Below, piece after piece: positions 1 to 6,499 of a stretch of 24,294 nucleotides of DNA. Numbering within the stretch: position 1 is the stretch's first letter; the number at the start of each line of letters is the position of its first letter. Below the pieces are notes generated by a model. The model made no database searches, was not told where the DNA came from, and saw only the letters and a program-made list of their open reading frames with translations. This stretch comes from a virus. Its lineage: Duplodnaviria > Caudoviricetes. A program made the translations under genes and the position numbers. The stretch covers positions 1 to 24,294 of IMG/VR virus record IMGVR_UViG_3300005611_000187, one strand, 5' to 3'.

Positions 1-444
1 GCTGAATCCGAAGCTCTCAAACTCCGAGAAGCGTGGACTTCGCATCCTGACCACACTATCGTCAAAGCGATGGTTGCCGAGCGTGCAATTTTCTTCGTAC
101 TACTCCCCTTCTTTCGGTTTAACGGTGACGCTGGAATGCGAACAGTATCTGCCGATATCAGCAGAGATGAACAGATCCACGTTGCCTGTAACAGTATTGT
201 CTGTGAAGAGTTGGGACTCAGCTGGTCCCCTTCCTTAGATAAACTGAGGAAGGCGACTATTAACTGGATCCTTCAACCCCTAGGTAATAATACCCAAGAT
301 AAATATCTTGATAAAAAATTTTGGTTGGATTCCAGTGACCGTTTGATGTATGAAGGAAAAGCTCCTGAGCTTTCCGCTACACGGTCTGCACGGATGCCAG
401 CATTCTTTGAGCATAGTAATGTCAACCTCCCCCAATACGCTTAG
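1..444 (+). CDS. nrdB: Class I ribonucleotide reductase beta (small, ferritin-like) subunit, 5'-truncated by the window edge
   Basis: Frame is open from base 1 (AESEALKLREAW...), upstream of the track's ATG at 70. It contains the second ExxH iron motif (ISRDEQIHV), an upstream helix Glu (VAERAIFF) and a C-terminal FFE...Y tail (AFFEHSNVNLPQYA) like the NFFE....Y end of R2 proteins. Position just before the portal region matches cyanopodoviruses. Confidence 0.8.
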   Translation, partial: AESEALKLREAWTSHPDHTIVKAMVAERAIFFVLLPFFRFNGDAGMRTVSADISRDEQIHVACNSIVCEELGLSWSPSLDKLRKATINWILQPLGNNTQDKYLDKKFWLDSSDRLMYEGKAPELSATRSARMPAFFEHSNVNLPQYA

Positions 445-613
445 TTTATTAGATGTTCGTGGCATGACAGCTAATGCCATGCTTGTTAAACTAGAAGAAA
501 CCTTTCCACCCACTAACCCTACACCTGAAGATTCAATGGAAAAAATTATGTACCGATCTGGTCAGCGTAGTGTCGTTGAGTGGGTCATTCAATATATGGA
601 GGATAACGGATAA
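419..613 (+). CDS. Conserved small podovirus hypothetical protein (64 aa)
   Basis: ATG at 419 overlaps the nrdB end: MSTSPNTLSLLDVRG...IMYRSGQRSVVEWVIQYMEDNG. The MYRxGQRSVVEW motif resembles small T7-like phage proteins upstream of the portal. Its stop overlaps the next ATG (TAATG 611-615). The track's start at 350 lies deep inside nrdB and is less likely. Confidence 0.7.
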   Translation: MSTSPNTLSLLDVRGMTANAMLVKLEETFPPTNPTPEDSMEKIMYRSGQRSVVEWVIQYMEDNG

Positions 614-1401
614 TGGCTTTTGAAATTTCTGGTAAGAGCTGGAAAGATTACAAAGAAAGAGTATTAGACGATAATGGTTGGGACCCCTTTTGGTCAACTC
701 CGGCCCATAAGAAGCTAAAACAAAAAGCACAGGGAATACCCATCGGTGAGCCTCTTTATGATTACTCCTTTGGTCAAGTTAGGGACGCAGCCCAAGCTCT
801 TGGTATTAACAATATTAAAAGACCAGAACAAGTAGAAGCTGTTCTTAATCGTATTAGGAACCCTGTGATGGCACAGGCTGCTGCCCCCGAACCAGAACCA
901 CCAGCACCTACTCAAACTCCAACGTATACACCAACAACACTTCCTGTAAACGATCCCTATGCTGCTGCTGCAACTCAACCTACTACAGCAGCACCTACAA
1001 CCACTTCTGCTCCAGAACAACCTTCTTTTAGTGATCAGCTAAAAGAAATCGCAAATACGTTTGCTACTGAACGAACCAACTTTCAACAGCAAATTGCTGA
1101 TATGCAAGCTGCTAATGAAACACGTATGACTGAGATGATAAACCAGATGCAAACGTATCAACAACAAGCTGCTCAATCTCAACGTGAATTGATGATTGGT
1201 TTGCAAGCCCGTGATCGTAATCCTGCTGATGTTAGGATGGCTAGGTCTCGTGGGCAACGTCGTGGTCTATCTGGAACTGGTACTACTGGTTATTTTGGTC
1301 GTGGTGATATGCGTATTAGCTCTCTTAACGTACCGACAACTAACATCCTTAGCTCTCTTAACGTACCGACAAGTAACATTTCGAGAGGATCCTTTGTATA
1401 A
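613..1401 (+). CDS. Hypothetical, probably virion-associated protein (syntenic with T7 gp6.7/7.3); Pro/Thr/Ala-rich linker, Gln/Met-rich coiled coil, basic C-terminus
   Basis: 262-aa ORF translationally coupled to the upstream gene and ending 7 nt before the portal. Function is inferred from position only. Confidence 0.6.
   Translation: MAFEISGKSWKDYKERVLDDNGWDPFWSTPAHKKLKQKAQGIPIGEPLYDYSFGQVRDAAQALGINNIKRPEQVEAVLNRIRNPVMAQAAAPEPEPPAPTQTPTYTPTTLPVNDPYAAAATQPTTAAPTTTSAPEQPSFSDQLKEIANTFATERTNFQQQIADMQAANETRMTEMINQMQTYQQQAAQSQRELMIGLQARDRNPADVRMARSRGQRRGLSGTGTTGYFGRGDMRISSLNVPTTNILSSLNVPTSNISRGSFV
1316..1379 (+). repeat. 33-bp-period tandem duplication within the 262-aa ORF
   Basis: TTAGCTCTCTTAACGTACCGACAACTAACAT (1316-1346) vs TTAGCTCTCTTAACGTACCGACAAGTAACAT (1349-1379): 30/31 identical; encodes SSLNVPTTNI / SSLNVPTSNI. 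Confidence 0.95.
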
Positions 1402-1408
1402 TTAACAA

Positions 1409-2986
1409 ATGTCAGCTAAAAAAAGATATGACTATTTATCCAGTGATCGTTCCCAGTTTTTAGACGAAGCTGAACAGGCATCTAAACTTACACTTCCTTA
1501 TTTGATTCGTGGACATGAAGAACATGTCTCTGGCATGAAGAATCTCTTGACTCCTTACCAAAGCGTTGGTGCGAAAGGTGTTGTAACTCTGGCATCTAAG
1601 TTGATGCTAGCTCTCCTTCCCGTTCAAACCAGCTTCTTTAAACTGCAGCTTGACGAAAGTCAACTGGGTCAAGAGATGGGACCACAGATTAAGTCTGAAC
1701 TTGATTTGTCGTTTGCCAAAGTAGAACGGATCATCCTTGAATCAATTGCAGCTACCGATGATCGTGTTGCAGTACACCAAGCACTGATTCATCTTGTTGT
1801 TGGTGGTAACGCATTGGTTTACATGGGTCGTAAGAAAATTAAAGTTTACCCTTTGAATCGCTTTGTTGTTGATCGTGATGGTAACGGCAACGTGATTGAA
1901 ATAGTCACAAAAGAACGTATTAACAAAAAACTAGTTGAAGATAAACTTCCTGAAAACTACATACAAGATCGTATGGTCAGCGATAACTACGGTGACTATG
2001 ATGATGAATGTGATGTGTACACACATATCCGCCGTGAGAACAATCGCTTTGTATGGCATCAAGAAGTTTATGATTTTAAATTGAAAGATTCTGAAGGTAA
2101 GTCTCCTTTGGATACTAACCCTTGGATCCCATTGCGGTTCAATACTGTTGATGGTGAGAACTATGGACGCGGACGTGTCGGGCAGTTCATTGGTGATCTG
2201 AAGTCACTTGAAGCACTCACTCAGGCCCTTGTAGAAGGCTCTGCAGCAGCTGCTAAAGTTGTCTTCCTAGTCAGCCCCTCCAGCACCACTAAACCCTCCA
2301 CACTGGCTGGTGCAGGTAACGGTGCAATCATTCAAGGTAGACCTGATGATGTTGGTGTGGTGCAAGTTGGTAAGACAGCTGACTTCAGGACTGCTTATGA
2401 GATGACCTCCACATTAGAGCGTAGGCTTAGTGAAGCATTCCTTATCCTTAATGTAAGGAACAGTGAGCGTACTACTGCTGAAGAGGTACGTATGACTCAG
2501 ATGGAATTGGAACAACAACTTGGTGGTTTATTTTCACTGTTGACTGTTGAATTCCTTGTTCCGTATCTGAACCGTAAATTAAGTGATGCTCAGAAGTCTG
2601 GTGAGATCCCACGACTTCCAAAGAACATTGTTAAACCTACAATTGTTGCTGGTATCAATGCACTTGGTCGTGGTCAAGATCGTGATAGTTTGACACAGTT
2701 CCTTACTGTACTTGCTAACACTCTTGGACCTGACGCTATTGGTCAATTTATCAATACTGATGAAGTGATCAAACGCTTTGCTGCTGCACAAGGTATTGAT
2801 GTGCTTAATCTTGTACGTTCAATGCAAGAAGTACAACAAGAACGCCAAGCTGCGATGGAACAGCAAATGGCTATGCAACAACAACAGATGGAAGTTGATG
2901 CCATGAAGGCACCTATCAACGATCCTTCCAAAAACCCTGAGCTGAACCCAGCTCTTATGCAACAACAACAACAACCACCTAGTTAA
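1409..2986 (+). CDS. Portal protein (head-to-tail connector, T7 gp8-like)
   Basis: 525 aa with gp8-family motifs QSVGAKGVVTLASKLMLALLP, GENYGRGRV, ERTTAEEVR and ELEQQLGGLFSLL; precedes the scaffold gene. Confidence 0.96.
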   Translation: MSAKKRYDYLSSDRSQFLDEAEQASKLTLPYLIRGHEEHVSGMKNLLTPYQSVGAKGVVTLASKLMLALLPVQTSFFKLQLDESQLGQEMGPQIKSELDLSFAKVERIILESIAATDDRVAVHQALIHLVVGGNALVYMGRKKIKVYPLNRFVVDRDGNGNVIEIVTKERINKKLVEDKLPENYIQDRMVSDNYGDYDDECDVYTHIRRENNRFVWHQEVYDFKLKDSEGKSPLDTNPWIPLRFNTVDGENYGRGRVGQFIGDLKSLEALTQALVEGSAAAAKVVFLVSPSSTTKPSTLAGAGNGAIIQGRPDDVGVVQVGKTADFRTAYEMTSTLERRLSEAFLILNVRNSERTTAEEVRMTQMELEQQLGGLFSLLTVEFLVPYLNRKLSDAQKSGEIPRLPKNIVKPTIVAGINALGRGQDRDSLTQFLTVLANTLGPDAIGQFINTDEVIKRFAAAQGIDVLNLVRSMQEVQQERQAAMEQQMAMQQQQMEVDAMKAPINDPSKNPELNPALMQQQQQPPS

Positions 2987-2991
2987 TTTTT

Positions 2992-3738
2992 ATGGCTGAA
3001 GTAATGTCCATGATTCCTGACGAAACCCCAGTAGGAGAACTTAATGCTGATGAGCAAGAGTCTCTTCAGGTCGGTGAGCAAATGGAACAGGAGCAAGAAC
3101 AGCGTCTTGCTGGTAAATATAAAAACGCTGAAGAACTTGAAGCTGCTTATCTTGAACTTCAAAAGAAACTTGGTGAGCGATCTACTGAACAAGAAGATAC
3201 AGTAGAAACAGAAAAAGAAGAAACCACTTCTCTTTTTGATAGGCTTTGGGAAGAAGCAAAAGGAGATAAAGTTAGTGATGAACTAGTCAAAGAACTAACT
3301 GAATCTGATCCGAGTGATCTTGCTAAAATGTATCTTGAGTATCGTTCTCAACAAGAGAACAAAGAACCAGCTCAAGTAATGACACAAGAAAACGTAAAAC
3401 AATTGAAAGATAGCGTTGGTGGTGAAACCGGGTACAATGAAATGATTAGTTGGGCAGGTGAAAACCTGTCTGAACAAGAGATTGAAATGTACGATTCCAT
3501 TATGGATAAAGGTGATCCTGCAGCAGCATTTTTTGCTGTTCAAGCTTTGTCTTACCGCTATAAAGATGCTAATGGTGTTGAGGGTAATCTTGTTCAAGGT
3601 AAATCGCCTGGACCTGGTGGAGCATTCCGTAGTCAAGCTGAACTTGTACAAGCTATGAGTGATCCTCGCTACGATAACGATCCTGCGTATCGCCAAGATG
3701 TGATGCGTAAACTAGAACGTTCTAACATTAACTTCTGA
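2992..3738 (+). CDS. Capsid assembly scaffolding protein (T7 gp9-like)
   Basis: Acidic 248-aa protein with LAGKYKNAEELEAAYLELQKKLG, VGGETGYNEMISWA and C-terminal AMSDPRYDNDPAYRQDV. Confidence 0.93.
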   Translation: MAEVMSMIPDETPVGELNADEQESLQVGEQMEQEQEQRLAGKYKNAEELEAAYLELQKKLGERSTEQEDTVETEKEETTSLFDRLWEEAKGDKVSDELVKELTESDPSDLAKMYLEYRSQQENKEPAQVMTQENVKQLKDSVGGETGYNEMISWAGENLSEQEIEMYDSIMDKGDPAAAFFAVQALSYRYKDANGVEGNLVQGKSPGPGGAFRSQAELVQAMSDPRYDNDPAYRQDVMRKLERSNINF

Positions 3739-3739
3739 A

Positions 3740-3847
3740 ATGAATAACACAGCTGAATTGCTTAACGGTCGCCTGGCAATGCTGGGTGTGATGGCAGCAC
3801 TTGGTGCGTATGCAGTAACTGGTCAACTTATCCCTGGTATTTGGTAA
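3740..3847 (+). CDS. hli: High-light-inducible protein (35 aa), not in the ORF track
   Basis: Translated by hand: MNNTAELLNGRLAMLGVMAALGAYAVTGQLIPGIW*. Has the AExxNGRxAMxG chlorophyll-binding motif and the TGQxIPGx(F/W) tail of phage/multicopy HLIPs. Confidence 0.95.
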   Translation: MNNTAELLNGRLAMLGVMAALGAYAVTGQLIPGIW

Positions 3848-3897
3848 TGGCTTGCGGAAAAAAGAAAGGTAGTGGCAAAGGCGGCTACAAAAAGTAA
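3847..3897 (+). CDS. Tiny Lys/Gly-rich peptide (16 aa)
   Basis: MACGKKKGSGKGGYKK*; the ATG overlaps the hli stop (TAATG 3845-3849), the same coupling used by neighbouring genes. Confidence 0.55.
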   Translation: MACGKKKGSGKGGYKK

Positions 3898-3931
3898 GAA
3901 GGCTCTTGCCCTACGTAAATGGAAATGCTAA
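3872..3931 (+). pseudogene. 19-codon remnant of a small basic phage protein ending KALALRKWKC (internal deletion suspected)
   Basis: GTG start gives (M)AKAATKSKKALALRKWKC*; the stop overlaps the next ATG (TAATG 3929-3933). The C-terminus matches my recollection of a ~80-aa conserved cyanophage protein ending ...PTRKALALRKWKC. Confidence 0.5.
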
Positions 3932-4152
3932 TGAAAAACAAGAAAGTAGATCAAAGGGCTTTTGATAGTAATTTTGTTTCTTCTGCCCCCTCTTTTGATA
4001 TTGGTCCTGGGCATAGGGGTGCGATGAAAGGTAAGAAAATTTATGATAAGGGTAAAGGTACAACCAACCCTAATGAAAAGGAAACCTTCATGAAACGTAC
4101 TGGACCCCAGCTACCCATGGTTAAAAAGAAAAGTAAAGAATCGTATGGCTAA
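3931..4152 (+). CDS. Small Lys-rich hypothetical protein (73 aa)
   Basis: MKNKKVDQRAFDSNF...KKKSKESYG; the start at 3931 is preferred over 3919 because of the TAATG coupling. Confidence 0.65.
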   Translation: MKNKKVDQRAFDSNFVSSAPSFDIGPGHRGAMKGKKIYDKGKGTTNPNEKETFMKRTGPQLPMVKKKSKESYG

Positions 4153-4294
4153 ACAAGGTCTTTACGCAAACATCCACGCTAAGCGTAAACGTATCGCTGA
4201 GGGCTCCGGCGAGAAGATGCGTAAGCCTGGGAGCAAAGGTGCTCCTACGGCTGCAAACTTCAAAAGAGCTGCTAAAACTGCTAAGAAAAAATGA
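4145..4294 (+). CDS. Conserved small basic phage protein (49 aa), not in the ORF track
   Basis: [76 protein letters not shown] is a motif I recognise from aquatic phages; ATGA overlap with the next gene at 4291-4294. Confidence 0.85.
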   Translation: MAKQGLYANIHAKRKRIAEGSGEKMRKPGSKGAPTAANFKRAAKTAKKK

Positions 4295-4590
4295 CTAACA
4301 CACTTATTGCCTCAATTGTTTGGATTGCATCCTGGTATGGTCCGTATTACCACGGCAGGTTAACTGCTAATGGGGAGAGGTTTAATCAAATGGCAGCAAC
4401 TGCTGCACATAAAACACTACCATTTGGTACTAGACTAAAGGTTTGCTATAAAACATGCGAGGTAGTAAGAGTTAATGATCGCGGTCCCTTTATTTCCGGT
4501 CGGGACATTGATCTCAGTAAAGGGACTGCAGAGCGAATTGGCATGATCGGTGTAGGCGTCGCTCCTGTTTCTATTACTATTTTGAATTAA
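4291..4590 (+). CDS. RlpA-like double-psi beta-barrel lytic transglycosylase (stand-alone domain)
   Basis: ASWYG...[11 protein letters not shown]...[11 protein letters not shown]...[16 protein letters not shown] are the RlpA/DPBB signatures; no SPOR domain is present. Confidence 0.92.
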   Translation: MTNTLIASIVWIASWYGPYYHGRLTANGERFNQMAATAAHKTLPFGTRLKVCYKTCEVVRVNDRGPFISGRDIDLSKGTAERIGMIGVGVAPVSITILN

Positions 4591-5669
4591 TGACTATTGC
4601 TATTTCTGCACCCCAACGTATTAACGTGTGGGAAAAGTTTTGTCAGTATATTACTTCAACAAATAACCGTCTTTATATTGGCTGGTTTGGGACACTGATG
4701 ATTCCGTGTCTCCTTGCTGCCACTACTTGTTTTATTGTTGCATTTATTGCTGCCCCACCCGTTGACATTGATGGAATTCGTGAACCAGTTGCAGGCTCCC
4801 TCCTGTACGGAAACAACATTATCTCAGGAGCTGTCGTACCCAGCTCGAACGCAATTGGGCTACATTTGTACCCAGTGTGGGAAGCCGGTTCGTTGGACGA
4901 ATGGCTTTATAACGGAGGCCCTTACCAACTGGTCGTGTTTCACTTCCTCATTGGCGTCTTCTGCTACATGGGTAGGGAGTGGGAACTCAGCTATCGATTG
5001 GGAATGAGGCCCTGGATCTATGTTGCATACTCGGCTCCGGTGGCGGCGGCTACCGCTGTATTCCTTGTCTATCCCTTTGGTCAAGGATCATTTTCTGATG
5101 GTATGCCTTTGGGTATCTCGGGAACCTTCAACTTCATGTTGGTCTTCCAGGCTGAACATAACATCCTTATGCACCCCTTCCATATGCTTGGAGTTGCAGG
5201 TGTTTTTGGTGGGGCTTTGTTTAGCGCGATGCACGGCAGCTTGGTTACGTCTAGTCTTGTTCGTGAAACGACTGAAGAGATCTCTCAGAACTATGGGTAT
5301 CGTTTCGGTCAAGAAGAGGAGACGTATAACATCGTTGCCGCTCATGGCTATTTTGGACGTTTGATCTTTCAATATGCGTCATTCAACAACAGCCGAAGCC
5401 TTCACTTTTTCCTTGCTGCTTGGCCTGTTATTGGGATTTGGTTTACCGCCCTTGGGGTCAGCACCATGGCATTCAACCTCAACGGATTTAATTTTAACCA
5501 GTCCCTCCTTGCTGCGAACGGACAAGTGATCAACACCTGGGCAGACATCTTGAATCGTGCTAACCTTGGTCTTGAGGTGATGCATGAACGTAATGCTCAT
5601 AACTTTCCATTGGACCTTGCTTCTGTTGAAGTAACCCCTGTTGCACTTACTGCTCCTACTATTGGTTAA
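4590..5669 (+). CDS. psbA: Photosystem II reaction centre protein D1
   Basis: 359 aa, colinear with standard D1 numbering: D61, E130, Y161, D170, E189, H190, H198, H215, S264, H272, H332, E333, H337, D342, A344, plus a 15-aa cleavable C-terminal extension. No intron. Confidence 0.99.
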   Translation: MTIAISAPQRINVWEKFCQYITSTNNRLYIGWFGTLMIPCLLAATTCFIVAFIAAPPVDIDGIREPVAGSLLYGNNIISGAVVPSSNAIGLHLYPVWEAGSLDEWLYNGGPYQLVVFHFLIGVFCYMGREWELSYRLGMRPWIYVAYSAPVAAATAVFLVYPFGQGSFSDGMPLGISGTFNFMLVFQAEHNILMHPFHMLGVAGVFGGALFSAMHGSLVTSSLVRETTEEISQNYGYRFGQEEETYNIVAAHGYFGRLIFQYASFNNSRSLHFFLAAWPVIGIWFTALGVSTMAFNLNGFNFNQSLLAANGQVINTWADILNRANLGLEVMHERNAHNFPLDLASVEVTPVALTAPTIG

Positions 5670-5672
5670 CAC

Positions 5673-6350
5673 ATGACTATCCAACTCACTAAGGCTGCTT
5701 TTTATTACAAACAAGAGCGTCATCAAACAAAGGCTTGGGATTGGCTAGAAGCACAACTAACCCCTGAACAGTTGGAGGAATTTGGACGGTTGTATCGTGA
5801 CCGTCCCCCTACTCCTTCTGGTTATAAATACGTCACAAAGGAACAACTTGCTTCGATCTGGCAATGCTCAATTGAATTGATTGAAGACCGTGAGATCGAA
5901 GAACTGAATAAGTGTTTGGAGACATTCCACATTACCACCCCTTCTCGTATCCGACACTTCCTTAGTCAGACTGCTCATGAGTCTGGTGGTGGCCGTTGGA
6001 AGAAAGAACTTAGTGATGGGTGGTATCTTGAAGGTAGGACTGACATCGGTAATGTACAACCTGGTGATGGTCCTAAGTACAAAGGAGCTGGTTACATCCA
6101 GCTGACAGGGCGGCATAACTACCAGAAATTCTCTGATTACATTGGTGATCCTAGAGTAATGGAAGGTGTGGATTATGTTGCTGAAACTTACCCTTACTCC
6201 TCTGCTGGTTATTGGTGGTGGTCTAACGGTATGAATGAACTATGTGATAAGAACCCAACAGTAAGACAAGTTACCCGCCGTGTAAATGGTGGGTATAACG
6301 GTCTTGCTGATCGAGAGTATTATTACGCTATTTGCCAGAGAGTTATCTGA
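5673..6350 (+). CDS. Glycoside hydrolase family 19 (chitinase-fold) endolysin with a short N-terminal helical module
   Basis: [11 protein letters not shown] (catalytic Glu motif), [15 protein letters not shown] and [14 protein letters not shown] are GH19 phage-lysin motifs. Confidence 0.9.
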   Translation: MTIQLTKAAFYYKQERHQTKAWDWLEAQLTPEQLEEFGRLYRDRPPTPSGYKYVTKEQLASIWQCSIELIEDREIEELNKCLETFHITTPSRIRHFLSQTAHESGGGRWKKELSDGWYLEGRTDIGNVQPGDGPKYKGAGYIQLTGRHNYQKFSDYIGDPRVMEGVDYVAETYPYSSAGYWWWSNGMNELCDKNPTVRQVTRRVNGGYNGLADREYYYAICQRVI

Positions 6351-6380
6351 TCGATAGGCGGGTGCAACTCCCGCCCTGGC
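6334..6380 (+). ncRNA. Miniature tRNA-like three-way junction (acceptor-like stem, short arm, T-arm-like hairpin)
   Basis: GCCAG(6334-38)/CTGGC(6376-80); TATC(6344-47)/GATA(6353-56); GGCGGG(6357-62)-TGCAACT-CCCGCC(6370-75) with a 7-nt T-loop-like loop. Folded by eye. Confidence 0.45.
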
Positions 6381-6384
6381 TATT

Positions 6385-6469
6385 GGTTAGAGCCCTTACG
6401 AGGACACCTCTAACCGTCTAGACGGTGGGAATAGACCACAATAAAACTAAATACTTCTGGATCCAGAGG
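6385..6469 (+). promoter_or_regulatory. Structured 5' leader of the major capsid gene (several consecutive hairpins/palindromes)
   Basis: GGTTAGAG(6385-92)/CTCTAACC(6408-15) enclosing CCT-TACG-AGG; perfect 14-bp palindrome ACCGTCTAGACGGT (6413-26); GTGG/CCAC hairpin (6425-39); palindrome TCTGGATCCAGA (6456-67). Confidence 0.6.
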
Positions 6470-6499
6470 AACTTTGCTTAAACCTCTTTAATAAAAACA

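Noticed and set aside
350-418. Track start at 350 for the 87-aa ORF (likewise 3919 and 21010 for other genes)
   Set aside because: These starts give long overlaps with upstream genes; downstream ATGs at 419, 3931 and 21067 fit the stop/start coupling used throughout.
2820-2986. CAA-rich poly-Gln/Met tract at the portal C-terminus as a contingency repeat
   Set aside because: Low-complexity Gln-rich tails are usual for gp8-like portals; the triplet repeats are short and in frame.
4714-5726. Alternative-frame and antisense ORFs inside psbA
   Set aside because: Fully nested in a highly conserved gene, with no motifs; expected by chance.
6334-6410. Bona fide tRNA gene
   Set aside because: Only a T-arm-like hairpin and a 5-bp outer stem; no D-arm, anticodon arm or CCA. 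Kept only as a tRNA-like element.
6351-6499. Phage RNA polymerase or sigma70 promoter for the capsid gene
   Set aside because: No T7/Syn5-like consensus repeated elsewhere in the window and no well-spaced -35/-10 pair found by eye; cannot be excluded without a motif search.
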